Shown here in pieces: positions 43,156-55,914 of a stretch of 64,000 nucleotides of DNA. The DNA lies in the NCBI GenBank assembly GCA_002269645.1, contig NIVC01000524.1:124001-188000 (forward strand), given 5' to 3'. The stretch is from Macrostomum lignano. Lineage: Eukaryota. The first letter of the stretch is position 1; the number at the start of each line of letters is the position of its first letter. Both the position numbers and the translations under genes were made by a program. A model generated the notes under the pieces. It did not search any database, was not told where the DNA came from, and saw only the letters and a program-made list of their open reading frames with translations.

Positions 43156-44214
43156 TCAGATATTTTTTCAAAACAATTACCGTCGTCAGTCTCAGACCAA
43201 ACGCAACAGCCTCATAATCCTTTCGGAAGTCCAAAAGCCGCACGAATTGTCAATTTAGTGATCAAGAAACTTGAAAAAATCTGAAATCTTGATGGCTACT
43301 ATAGTATTTCTGTACGATACGGTGATGCCATTGATAATTCTGCTGGAATGGCTACGTTCCGGACATCTGCTTGGTCTACATATCGTAGCCGATCAGTCCC
43401 AAAAGGAATTAAGCGCCGGCAAATGGGGAAGATGTTTCTCATTTTCGACCCTCTTGCATTTTTATGCATATTTATGTCCCCCCGGGAGAGCAGCTCGTGA
43501 ATTTAACTCCCGATATGCAAAATAAGAATTGAAAATTGTTCCATAGGGACAAATTTCTTGCTAAATTAAAGGTCTCTCAGCTCCGAAATTAGGCATATAG
43601 TTGTTAAAAGTTTTCGCCGGGACAGTCGAATCACGAAAGGGGATTGCATGTACAATCCAAGTGCGTATCTCGCGCGTGCAGGCAGTTAAAACCAGTCAGC
43701 GCATTTCGTTCTTGCGGCCTCGATCATTCCGGTTCTAGCTTAAGCTGTCGTGTAGTGGAAGTTTAAAGTGGCTCCCCCCTACCCCAGTGTCCACAGCTTG
43801 TTAGCATACTAAATGGACTCTTGAGAATTGCCAAAAAACCGATCAGTCTTGGCTGAATGTTTTTTTGTGCTCCGATCATGAGACTCTGCACGCCCTCAAA
43901 CTGCAGTAAAAATGACATGCGCTGTCCCAGATCGATATGTCATACACTGCCTCGCGCTTTCTCAAGGACGGAGATCCAGATATGTTCTCCGCATTCACAC
44001 TAATAAACTGGCTAAGTGCACCATTTAGCAGATTACAGTTTATTACTCGCACTTGCGTCTTTACGAGCGTAATTGGCAGAAATTGATATGAAATTTGTAT
44101 CACTATCGGTTTATTGGGTCACAGTCCACTTCGGTAACAAATGATGGCCTCTTCGTAACAGTATATTTTTATTCTATGTTGCAAAAAAAACTTTAAAGAA
44201 ATTGACTAGCTGTT

Positions 44215-44765
44215 ATCGAAGTGGCTGCTACCGAAGTGGGTGTTACCGAAGTGGGTGTTACCGAAGTGGGGGTTACCGAAGTGGGTGTTACCGAAGTGGG
44301 TGTTACCGAAGTGGGTGTTACCGAAGTGGCTGTTACCGAAGTGGGTGTTACCGAAGTGGGTGTTACCGAAGTGGGTGTTACCGAAGTGGGTGTTACCGAA
44401 GTGGGTGTTACCGAAGTGGGTGTTACCGAAGTGGGTGTTACCGAAGTGGGGGTTACCGAAGTGGGTGTTACCGAAGTGGGTGTTACCGAAGTGGGTGTTA
44501 CCGAAGTGGGTGTTACCGAAGTGGGTGTTACCGAAGTGGGTGTTACCGAAGTGGGTGTTACCGAAGTGGCTGTTACAGAAGTGGGTGTTACCGAAGTGGG
44601 TGTTACCGAAGTGGGTGTTACCGAAGTGGCTGTTACCGAAGTGGCTGTTACCGAAGTGGGGGTTACCGAAGTGGGTGTTACCGAAGTGGGTGTTACCGAA
44701 GTGGGTGTTACCGAAGTGGGTGTTACCGAAGTGAGTGTTACCGAAGTGGGTGTTACCGAAGTGGA
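44215..44765. repeat. 15-bp minisatellite (GAAGTGGGTGTTACC)
   Basis: Direct reading. Confidence 0.97.
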
Positions 44766-45314
44766 CTGTATTCCTATATTGCTGGCTTTCGACGATGGCA
44801 GAAAAAATGTTTCTATTATAAATATAAACAAAAAGTTTTCTTCCTCATAACAGAATTGGCGTGCACTTTCTGCTAAATGTGAATGTGTATTCTGAAAACA
44901 AAAATGATTGCATCGTTTCGAGAGTGCCTGGTGCTGGCTGGGGGCTGGCCTAGTACGTATTACGCACCTATGCTTTCCTTGGCATTCTCGATTGAGAGTG
45001 ACTGTTGCAGAAATTGCAAACATCGCTCTGCCCGTGGAAAGAAGACGGTTCAACGCGCATGTGCGGTAAGGCAGCTTAACTAGAAAATGGATGAACTTAC
45101 AAATATGCGAGAGGGCAGTCAAGCAAGGTCTTTTCAGGTCCACCGGGTTGGTTCTGCATGTATCTTTGGAGCGGCGCAGCTTGGAGCTTTCTCATTGGCC
45201 ACAGGCATTCATTTGCTTCGGTTTTCAAGACTTATAAAAAGCGAAACCGCGCGTCTGCAACAGCTCAAAGCAGAGCAGCCGCCTGTCCTGAAATTATAAA
45301 CTTCCAACGGAAGA

Positions 45315-46604
45315 ATGCCGGACTTCATCATTGTTGGCAACGGTTCGCATGAGTGCGAAAATGCCACGGAACAGAATGAGCAATACCTGGCTAACAACCC
45401 TATGCTCAGGCCCTACTATGGACTGATGATAGGCCTGACTCTGACCAACAGCCTGCTCAACTTTGCCTGCCTGATGGCGTTCCAATCGATGAGGCCTAAG
45501 CGTCGGTTTAACTTCCTGCTGGCGCGACTGTCTCTGGCGGAGGCCATGTTCCAAGTAAGTAGTTCGCCCCCGTCGAGCCCCTCAACGGAAGAGGGTCAAT
45601 GAAGACTTTTGTTCTGTTTTTGAGGTTTTATCATTGATTCTGTTGCCTGACCGCATCAATGACCGCAGGCGGTCTTCTGCTGCAACCAGGTCTTGGTGCT
45701 GGCCATGGACTCCAACCGGCTGCTGCTGCCCAACCGGCACCTGGCGGTGGCCGTGGCGGCCCTCGGGCCAATAACGCTGTTCCTGGGCACCGCGTTGCAC
45801 GTCTCTAGGAACTGGGCGGTGGTGCTGATCGGCCGGCACCGCTGGCTGGCCGTGGCCCGATCCGACCGTCCGTCAGTGGAGGAGGCCTGCTCAGCCAAGG
45901 ACTGTCGCCTTCTAGCTGGCGGACTCGCCCTCTGCGCCGTCGCGGCCCTGCCGAGACTGTTCGAATTCCAGCCGGTGGTGTGCGAGCCCGCCAGTCAGGT
46001 GACTCACGTCGACCCGTTGCTGATTGGCTCGCAGGCCTATCGGCTGGCCTACCTGGGTGGCCTGCTGTGCCTGTTCCAGAACGCCGGCCCCATCATTTGC
46101 CTGGCCTTCTTCAGCCTGGACTTGGCCCGCCGCCTGGCCAAGCAGGGCCGGCGCCGGCTGTCGGTGCTCGGCCGGCAGAGCGGCCGCCGGGCTCCCTGGA
46201 GCTCCGGCAATCGGACCGTCCTGCTGCTCTGCCTGCTGTTCTGCCTGTGCGAGTGGCCCACTCTGCTGAAGAGCCTGGACCCCGGCACCGTCCTAGGCAA
46301 AGCCGTTGCTTTCGTTGCCAATCTGCTCACCTGCTTGGACTCGTCCTTGAACATCCTGGTGTACCACTGCTCGCACAAGGGCTTCGGTCTGGCTCTGACG
46401 GACCTGCTGTACGGATGCTGCTGCTGGTGCCGGGGCGACTCGGCGGAGAGGCGCAGATCGCGCAGTCGGAGCCTCAGCGTTGCCAGCGGAGTGCGCAGGC
46501 AGTCGAAACTGCATCAGCTGCGGCAGCAGCAGCAGCAGCACAGCCGGCTTTCACCTCACGTCGCGAACGGTCGCGAGCCCAGCATCGAGTTGCTGTCAAT
46601 CTGA
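45315..46604 (+). CDS. Rhodopsin-class 7TM receptor, peptide (FMRFamide-receptor-like) type, ~391 aa; exons 45315-45554 and 45669-46604 (alternative in-frame acceptor at 45690)
   Basis: N-terminal N-glycosylation sequons (NGS, NAT) and seven hydrophobic segments. TM3 end LIGRHRWLAV, TM4 ALPRLFE, TM6 LLFCLCEWP, TM7 NLLTCLDSSLNILVY. Donor CAA/GTAAGT at 45555. Confidence 0.82.
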
Positions 46605-47634
46605 TCGATTGCTGGGCTGTACAATCTACACAAGCACTGTTATTAGTTTTAAAACCTAAATTAGGAAGTACATTACTGACGAATGGCCTTGAAAAAGCTT
46701 GGAATGAGGATCACCTTGATATGTTGCTCTGTTGTAACTCATTTCTGCACCGCTACTAATAATGATGAAGGGTCCAGTCTCATGTCCGTATTGCTGTCTT
46801 TTGCATAAGTGTTTAGTTTTTCCCCATATAATACTTTTTGCTCTTTGTCCAGTGCCGTCTTTTCTGTCAGAACCGCAAGCAATTTGCTATACTAAATTTT
46901 TCACACGTCTCGCTGGGGGTTGCAACAACTCTCTGTCGTCAGGGCTCAAGGAGGTACCTCATCAAGCCTCGATATTGTTACGTTTCCATAAAAAATGCAA
47001 ATGACAGGTAATTGAAAAGTGAAATTTTGAGGAAATTTTCAACAACACCTTGCTAATTGGCTGCTGGTGATTTATTAATGACTGACTGACTCATGCACCG
47101 GCCCACCCCAATGCTCAGTTGGTACAAACAATGTCAATAGGAATTAGTATCAATTATAGCAGCATTCAGTTGTAAACAGGAAAGCAGAAATCAAGCCCAC
47201 TTGGTTGGACCCGTTGCTCGTTTTGTCCCGTTCAAGATTTTTTATTCTAAAAATAACCGATTGATTTGCGCTTCCCATTGCATTCCCAATTGCTGGGTTG
47301 GGGCCTTGGCTTAGTTGGCATTCTTAGGATCAGTGCTAGCTGAGGTTAGGGTTAATCGAGGTCACTTATTCGATATAATATCAGACAAGATCAAGCACGA
47401 GGCAGCAGATAAATTACATGTATCCGAATGTTGCGAAATTCCAGAATTTTGCAATTTTGGTATTCCGCGCGAGTACAATAACACTCTCTTCTTAGTTGTC
47501 TTTTAGTTTTGATGTTTGACAAGCTGCAAAACCAGCCAGTGATTCTTGCGTTCTTATAAAAAGTGCACAGTGTACTTTATTTTATTTTCGAAACCATTTT
47601 ACAGCGATCATGATAAATCTAGAACTCCCCTGGA

Positions 47635-47895
47635 CAGGTGGAAGAAAGCCAGAAGTCGGGAAGGCCAGGGACTCCTAGAATTCTGTTGGCCTGGAAGCAA
47701 GTCGGGAAAGCCAGGGACTCCTAGAACTCCAATGGTCTGGAAGCAAGTCGGGAAGGCCAGGCAGGGACTCCTAGAACACTTCTGGACTGGAAACAAGTCC
47801 GGAAGGCCAGGGACTCCTAGAACTCCAATGGTCTGGAAGCAAGTCGGGAAGGCCAGGCAGGGACTCCTAGAACACTTCTGGACTGGAAACAAGAC
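47635..47895. repeat. Hierarchical tandem repeat (~30 bp subunits within ~93 bp higher-order units)
   Basis: CTGGAAGCAAGTCGGGAAGGCCAGG..GACTCCTAGAA recurs, and a long block is duplicated. Confidence 0.85.
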
Positions 47896-48904
47896 GTCGG
47901 AGCTTTTCTCGGTTTCCAGGAAGACGTGCCTACAGTTACAAGTTTCTTATTAAGTTGGGGTGTTAAAGAACTTTACCTTAGTTGATCTATAGAGCAGGTA
48001 ATTTTGTCAATCCACTAAGCTTATCAAAGACTACAGGGGGCCCTCGGAATCTGGGATCAATCAGTAGGCAGATAAGCCACATTCAATGTTTATTCAATCC
48101 TCTTTCGGGATTTTTCTCTGTAGGCATTGGCATCATGCCTACCCTCTCTCTCTCTTTCTCCTTTTCCTTCTCTAAAATGATTTGCCTCTACAATTGCGCA
48201 AATAAATGAGGATATTTTCAACCGTTGCATTCCTCCCTCATCTGGGATGTGGCTAGTGCAGTAGAGAGATACAGGAAAAGGTCAGTGTCGGAGACTGACT
48301 GACAGAGGGCTTGTGCGCTGCGATCCTCAGAATCCCATCTATAAGTTTCCAATCAGATTCTGTTTGGCGTTTGTTCGAAAGCCCCACGCTTCCGAGCAGA
48401 TGGATGAATGGATGATATGATCTGTAATTGTCGTTTCTGATGTTGCGATTGTCCGGATGATCGGGATTAACGAGATTAGCTGCCACATTGAGGCGGAGCT
48501 GATGTTTGAGCATTAAGTATTTATAATAGGCCAATTTGATTTATGCTCTGCATGTTTACTTAGGCATCTCAGCAGTTTTATCAGCCTGTGTAATTCGAGT
48601 ATTATAGTATATGTTAAATAGAACGTTTACTTAGCTGTCTGACTGTGTCACAAGTACAACAGAAGTGGAATGACGAAGCTACTGTCCGGTGGAGCTAGAA
48701 AACTACACTAAATGTTTGTATTTTTATCATAATTTAATAGTTATCGCGTCCTGAATAGAGAAGAAAACGGCCTTCTTGAACTTTAGGTAGATATAATAGT
48801 TGCAGTTTCAATAGGATCATAATTTTGTCTCTATAGGGGTTTTTTATTATGCTGATTTCAAATTTGAGCTTCATTTTCTGTAGCTTAAAGCCAACCACCG
48901 GGAT

Positions 48905-49225
48905 ATGGGAAATGGGGGGTTTTAGGGTGGGGAGAATCTTCATGGGGATTGATTTTATGTACCTAAACTTCAATAGAGGTATAGGGGTCTATTGAAGATT
49001 AGGTAGATAAATTCAGAGACTGAGGGGGTGGGGGGCAAGTCTCGGGGGGGGGGGCAAGTCTCAAGGGGGGCTGACAACTACCAACAACTGAGGTATGAGG
49101 AATGGGGGGTGTTAGGGTGGGGAGAATCTTCATGGGGATTTATTTTACGTACCTAAACTTCAATAGAGGTATGGAGGTCTATTAAAGATTAGGTAGATAA
49201 ATTCGGAGACTGAGGGGGGGGGTCC
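48905..49225. repeat. ~120 bp direct duplication (about 48908-49030 and 49098-49218) flanked by G-runs
   Basis: GGGTGGGGAGAATCTTCATGGGGATT..GTACCTAAACTTCAATAGAGGTAT..GAGACTGAGGGGG appears twice. Confidence 0.85.
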
Positions 49226-50027
49226 TAGGGGGAAAATTGAAATGAAGCTTAAAAATTCAACAAGTTATCAAAACCACAACCATGGAGAAAAAATTATAAT
49301 CCTATTAAAACTTATTGATATTAGCAGCTGTAGTTACCTTCGGAATGGAGACAACGCAGATTAGTAGAAATTAGTATAGGTAAACAAGTAAAGAATGTAC
49401 GGCTAGTAGTAATCAACAATGAGAGAATGACAGCGAATCAAAACGCAGGTGGTGAGGGGCGGGTGGCAAACCGTGAGTCAGCATTTTTAAAACAGTAAAC
49501 TGACGTGGCACTCTCGCTGCACTATAACAGATTGAGTGATGAAAAATTAGAATAGACATTATTTTTTTCAGAGATAAAACTCGAATGTTCGATATGTTTT
49601 TTTAGAATGATTTTATCAAATTTTGGAAAATATTTACATTAGAAAGTTATGATTCTAAAAAAGTTCAACTTTCAAACACACAATTCTCCGAAATGGCTTG
49701 GATCAAATTAACACTAGTTATTTAGGAGATTAACAAATCGACCTCCTGTTACCTCTGAAGGTAATTTTTTGCAGTTTTTTTGCTTTTTTATCATTTTGAA
49801 CAGCCTCTAAGACTCTGGCGAAAGTTTCAGAAAAATTGGAAAATGGGAAGTATTTTACGTACCTAAAGTTCAAGAAGCCAAGAAAACATGTCTATGGTAA
49901 AACTCCACTAGTCTGGGCCACACGAGCTCCCAGCAATCTGGGCGCACAGCCGACATCTACGAGTGTCATTGAAGCATCTGTGCTCAAAGCTCAACTCCTT
50001 TAGTTGATCCAACTGTCCTAGATAAAG

Positions 50028-51159
50028 ATGCCCGAGTCCGAAAATCCACCAGAGCAAAGCAGTGCTGCCCAACGGGCCGAGACGAAAACATTAAAAGAGG
50101 AAAATAGAAAGCTGGAAGAAGTTGCACAGGAAAGCAAAGAGAAAGAGAAAAACGAACGAATTGCCGACGAAAAAGAAGACGATGAAAGAAAAAATGATGC
50201 CCTCATTGAAGATAGAATGCAAGAGCTTGATGATGAGGACAAAGCAAAGAAGCTGAGCAACGTGATGGAGACAGCCGCTGACACGGGTGCTAGGGTTAAT
50301 TTTCGAGGCGCAATGCCCATTGACAACCTGGACTACAATGAGCAGGTCAAACAGCAGGTGAGGCACATTGTCTTTGTTGGGTAAACATCAACCAGAATAA
50401 ACAGTTTCATGCAGCACACAAAACTGAAGCAAATGGAGACGTAACTGACATTGCGGCATCCTGCCATTGCTTACTGAAGAGTTAGGGGACATTGCGGCAT
50501 CCTGCCATTGCTTACTGAAGAGTTAGGGGACATTGCGGCATCCTGCCATTGCTTACTGAAGAGTTAGGGGACATTGCGGCATCCTGCCATTGCTTACTGA
50601 AGAGTTAGGGGACATTGCGACATCCTGCCATTGCTTATTATTAGAGAGTTAGGGGACATTGCGGCATCCTTAACTTGCTGGCACTGTGACAGTCTATCTA
50701 GTCTGGATTAGCTAAATCCGCATCAACCAGTCCATAGACCACCTGGAGCAGCTGCTGGCCAGCAACGAAATGTCTGCAGTGCGCGGTCTCACCTGGCTGG
50801 TTGCGGCCCCATCCTGCCTGGACGCTGTGCTCACCGAGCCGCAGGTCGAGACCGAATTAAGAAACCATCTGATTGTGTCGCTAGTTGCCTGGGCGGTGCT
50901 CCTGATGTCCGGCTCCCTGCTGCTCGTCACCGGCTTCTTTCAGGCGCCGCGCTTTGTCGGGTACGCGGCTGGCGGCTGCGTGTGTCTGGCCTGTCTGGCC
51001 TTCGCCTGGCCCATGTTCGCCCCGGCGCCGCAGGAGTTTGCAGGCCACCTCACCGCGCCGGTGCTGCCGCCTACAGGACTGCGAGCCGCCCTGAACATGC
51101 AGCAGTGGGTGCTGCTGCTGGCTGGGGGCCGGGAGGAGCTGCAGGATTTGCTGTGCTGA
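50028..51159 (+). CDS. Unrecognised membrane protein, ~252 aa (charged N-terminal region plus two TM segments); exons 50028-50357 and 50731-51159
   Basis: Phase-0 intron CAG/GTGAGG..CAACCAG/TCC joins two ORFs in frame. Exon 2 is GC-rich. TM segments LIVSLVAWAVLLMSGSLLLVTGFF and FVGYAAGGCVCLACLAFAWPMF. Confidence 0.7.
50447..50670. repeat. 41-bp minisatellite (GACATTGCGGCATCCTGCCATTGCTTACTGAAGAGTTAGGG) in the intron
   Basis: About 5 copies, direct reading. Confidence 0.95.
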
Positions 51160-51237
51160 ACCGGCTTGTGAAACCGCAACAGGAATTCGAATATCGCTGC
51201 ACTCAGCTCACAGCAATTCTGCATTCAGCAATTCAGC

Positions 51238-51960
51238 ATCAACACACTCAGCTTCATCACACTCAGCTTCATCACACTCAGCTTCAACACACTCAGCTTC
51301 ATCACACTCAGCTTCAACACACTCAGCTTCATCACACTCAGCTTCAACACACTCAGCATCATCACACTCAGCTTCAACACACTCAGCTTCAACACACTCA
51401 GCTTCAACACACTCAGCATCATCACACTCAGCTTCAACACACTCAGCTTCAACACACTCAGCTTCAACACACTCAGCTTCAACACACTCAGCTTCATCAC
51501 ACTCAGCTTCAACACACTCAGCTTCATCACACTCAGCTTCAACACACTCAGCTTCAACACACTCAGCTTCAACACACTCAGCTTCAACACACTCAGCTTC
51601 AACACACTCAGCTTCATCACACTCAGCTTCAACACACTCAGCTTCATCACACTCAGCTTCATCACACTCAGCTTCAACACACTCAGCTTCAACACACTCA
51701 GCATCATCACACTCAGCTTCAACACACTCAGCTTCAACACACTCAGCTTCAACACACTCAGCTTCAACACACTCAGCTTCATCACACTCAGCTTCAACAC
51801 ACTCAGCTTCAACACACTCAGCTTCATCACACTCAGCTTCAACACACTCAGCTTCATCACACTCAGCTTCAACACACTCAGCTTCAACACACTCAGCACA
51901 CTCCTGCACTCAGCATCATCACACTCAGCATCATCACTCTCAGCATCATCACACTCAGTA
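51238..51960. repeat. 15-bp minisatellite (CACACTCAGCTTCAA/CAT)
   Basis: Direct reading. Confidence 0.97.
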
Positions 51961-52881
51961 TACACTAAATATTTGATTGCATCATATCAGTCTTCACGTA
52001 AATAGTTTTGCAATTAGAAGTATAAATAATTATTTCCCTATTATGACTATTACTAAGCAGCACCGGATTTCCACGGCGCACTAGCGGTTCAGTTTGAGAT
52101 TCGCGCTCAATATCGTATCTTTTTTACTTCTGAATTGCAAACGAAGTAATTGCGTGTTGTGTCTGAGGTAGAAAGACTTAGAACAGACAATGATGAAGCA
52201 AATTTTACACCAGTACGTAAACAATTAAAAGCAGCAAAATGTAAAAAAAATCAAGCATCGCATTTTCCAAGCCGATATTCCCTGTTAAAATCGCCTTCCT
52301 TCCTAGTTGAGTAGAGAACGGAAGAATTGTTTAGTTTTATTAGCATCGCAGAAATTTAAAAGTTATACCCGAATTTATCTACTGCGGTTAGTAGCGCGCA
52401 AAGTTTTTCGCCGCAGTAGTGATCCAGATGTAGAATTCCAGATTTAGATTTAGTAAGATTTTCGTTGGATAATTAAATATTTTGGTTATAAATAAGACTA
52501 AGAATTTAACTACAAAGAATAGGCTTCGTATTCTCTCAGCGGGTTCTATTTTGGTTCATAGTTCCATATAGCATGACAAATCCACTTGTCAACGAGATTA
52601 CTTTTGTGCGTTGATTCAAACGCTTGGCCATAGAAATCTATGGGCCGTTCCGTTTGCATGTCCACACTGTTCGATGTAGCACAACAGAACCTATGCTACA
52701 GTTTCTTCTGAAAATATCTATGGTAAAAAATAGTCCAAAATCATGCAATAAGATAGATGCGACGAAGCTGGAGAGAGTATACAGTATGCTTAAGTACTTC
52801 TAGCCTGAACCCGCGGACATTCCAGCAAAAGCGCTTGAAGATAAGATGGGCTCAGGTGAAAAATTCTATCTTTCAATAGTA

Positions 52882-53490
52882 TACTGTCCGTCAAAAGTTC
52901 TGGAACCCTTGCTACGATGTCTTCTAGCGGACATAATTTCAGTCCGTTTCAATTGTAACTTTATTCAAATGAAAGCTGCGGATCTCAGCTCCATGATGTG
53001 GTCAAGAAAAAGTTTATTCGAAGGAGAGCGTGTGAACAGGCCAGTGTTATGTACACAATGGTTTATAGAAAAAAAGTGAGGAAAAGACAAACAAGCAATT
53101 GTTTTTTACTCTTTTTTACTCTCCCATGAAAGCTGACTGCACAAGAATCCATAAGAGCCTGTTGATTTCAACACAAGTTTTGGCCATAGACTAATGTTAG
53201 CCAGGCTGAACACTGCGCGCAAACCGATTCCTTCCCATGTGTGTTTGCTCCATAGACTCAGCAACCATAGACAATTGCTTGTTTGTCTTTTCCTCACTTT
53301 TTTTCTCTAACCTTTATGTACATAACACTGGCCTGTTCACACGCGCTCCTTCGAATAAACTTTTTCTTGACCACATCATGGAGCTGAGATCCGCAGCTTT
53401 CATTTGAATCAAGTTACAATTGAAACGGACTGAAATTATGTCCGCTAGAAGACATCGTAGCAAGGGTTCCGGAACTTTTGACGGACAGTA
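52882..53490. mobile_element. Tc1/mariner-type MITE, 609 bp, with ~220 bp inverted arms and a TA target duplication
   Basis: TA|TACTGTCCGTCAAAAGTTC...GAACTTTTGACGGACAGTA|TA. Arms at about 52882-53103 and 53271-53490 are near-perfect reverse complements. Confidence 0.88.
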
Positions 53491-54805
53491 TAACTTTCAA
53501 TTTGTTTTATTTTCAATAGTTAGTAACTTGTTCTAGTTCTCGTGCTTGTTAGTGTTCTTGCTGCACAGAATGAGAGAATCTCAATAGATGCGGAGCATAT
53601 TCAGGGTCCTGATGAGGGTTGACTGCGACCCCTTGTTCTGGCCATAGACAGTTGCAGTCATCCCTAGATGGGCCACTCCAGCCACCTATCCGCAGCACGA
53701 AAACCCCGGGGTTTTAACCATAGACTGTAGCTTCTACTGCTCTCAAGCATTAGCAGTAGCAGCTGGTGTCTGTGGCCCTAACCCCTGGGTTTTCAGGGCC
53801 TCGGAGACGGCACATCCGGCACGGCCTTCATCCATGAGACGGCAGCTATAAATATTAGTGACAAATCTCGGTAATATAAGAAGAGTTTGCCAATTTTTGC
53901 CAGGATAAAAAACCCGTTTTAACTTGTCGCTTGTCACACTATTCACTCGCACGATATCAGTGCCATCAGTGTGTGGGGCGGTTTGACTTTGTCTCTTTCA
54001 ATGCTTGTGAGCCTAAATATAGGCTGCAAAAAAGCTATATTTAGCCAGCTAAATATATATTTGTTTATGCATACCAATGCCACTGATTGTGAATTTTCAT
54101 AAGCCATTGAAGTAATCATTTGCAGTTCGTATACTAAGTATACCTCTTCGTACGATAAAATAATGCTTTGAAAAAGAAGATTTTGTGTTTATTTAAATTT
54201 TTGTAGACACAAGTTTAAGTAAATGAAAATGGAATGAAATTTAATAAATTTAATGAATATTCTTATTCTAATAATGAGCTGAACTTGACAACTTAGCTTA
54301 CTGAACTCTGTACTATAACTAATATTTTCGAAAATCAGGTTAAAGATTGAAAGTGCGAGCATTTATAACACGGGTTTGGTGCGAAAAATGTGCAAAAATA
54401 GTTATAATCTGCGGTTGGTGCAATAAAAGATTGTTGATAAAAATAGGTTACCATGTAGTAAATGTACGCACCCTGAAGCAAAGAGGTGTACGAAGTTGAA
54501 ATAGCGAAGGCCTGAGCTCTGTATTGTTGTACTATCTATACAAAGATAGTGGCATTCCCCGTGAACCTTGCTACATTATAATCGTGGCGGAATACGCGTG
54601 AAAAAAATGACGCACAAATGTAGAATTCGCATTGCAACCCGGAGGGCAGAATGTGTAGAGAACTTGCACAACTGAGAGGAACAATACAGAACGGAGAGGC
54701 AGAGATGAAGCTTCTGGAGTCTGAGAACATGCCTGTATACGCTATACCCCTTTAGGCTGCTGCTGAGTGAATTTCTACAGCTAAATGAGGGACAGAGGAC
54801 AGAAG

Positions 54806-55351
54806 TCAGTGCATACCGCTGCGCAAGCGGTGACCAGTGGGCTCGTGCAAGATCACTCGGCACTCTCTCGGTCGCAGCTCCGTAGCCAGACGGTAGACTG
54901 ACAGGCCTCGACAGGTTCCAACAAACTGGTAGGTTGGAACGGGCATCGGCAGCGACTGGCAGCTGTACTTGCTGAAAGGCAGCATTGAATTAATAGGCTT
55001 TGAGCGGCTCAAGCAGGTGGTGTCGTAATAGGCAGGCGTGAGCAGGCTCGGGTCATGCATGAGGCAGGTTCGCTTGCTGCAGAATCCATCGTGGCCTGTG
55101 TGGTCCTTGCAGCGGATGACTCTCTTGCCGCCTCCGTTGACGCTGTGCTTGTTGGAGTCGGCCGTCAGGATGCCTCCATCCTGCAGGTGCTGGTCGTACA
55201 TGTCCGAGCACAGGCGGCGTACTTTGTCGCGCAGGATGATGTCGCTGTTTCTGCCTCTGGTAGGGAGGCTGGAACCCTCATCTGGTATCCACAGCAACAG
55301 GAGGATCAACGAAACCAGCAACATCTGCAGCCTCGGAAGCTGGATCTCCAT
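54806..55351 (-). CDS. Secreted cysteine-rich protein, 181 aa, single exon; tentative divergent IL-17/PTTH-type cystine-knot
   Basis: Hydrophobic signal peptide (LLVSLILLLLWIP), 8 Cys, GC-rich CpG-normal ORF in AT-rich surroundings. The family assignment is by eye only. Confidence 0.75.
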   Translation of the reverse strand: MEIQLPRLQMLLVSLILLLLWIPDEGSSLPTRGRNSDIILRDKVRRLCSDMYDQHLQDGGILTADSNKHSVNGGGKRVIRCKDHTGHDGFCSKRTCLMHDPSLLTPAYYDTTCLSRSKPINSMLPFSKYSCQSLPMPVPTYQFVGTCRGLSVYRLATELRPRECRVILHEPTGHRLRSGMH

Positions 55352-55914
55352 GAATTTTATTTACTCGTGTGAGAAGTTGTAGCCGAGCTTGTTGTTTTGA
55401 TCTGCTTGAGAACAGATTACTGCAATCATTTTTATGCAACCCGCTGTCGGCAAACCCGCGGGTTGCCAAGTGGTGTCCTGTCGCGTCAGCTCACTTTGAC
55501 GTGGCTCAGTTCTTTAGCTGCCTTAGCCACGCGTGGCGGGCTATATTTAACAGGCGCGTCCTGGTTGGCATGCAACTAAAAATAGCACCGATGCACACTT
55601 CTTGCAAGCTATGCGGCAGGACTACATTTGAACTATTTTTAGTAAAAAAATGTTATATTAAGAATAAACGAAATGTATTAGACCTTTTTTACTTTGTCGC
55701 TGTTGAACTGTCCAACTGAATGAGGTACTGTCTGTAGGCTTTAGCACCCGATATCTTACCCAGTTTTTACAAAGTTTTTCGGAGTGTCCATATCGTGTGA
55801 TATAGACTAAAAAAGACAAGAATAGAAGCCACTATGGCTTCAGATTCAAATACGTGTATTTTATGTGCTAAATCAACTATTCACTTGAAATTAAAGAGAA
55901 AACTTGGGGCGGAG

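Noticed and set aside
42428-51968. APLVL, VTEVG/SVTPT and HTQLQ repeat ORFs (42428-43258, 44193-45143, 50982-51968)
   Set aside because: 15-bp arrays open in multiple frames, with no independent coding evidence. A mucin-like protein from 44193-45143 is not supported.
55497-55504. TGACGTGG (UPRE/CRE-like) near the secreted-protein gene
   Set aside because: A single 8-mer that probably lies in the 5' UTR and is expected by chance.
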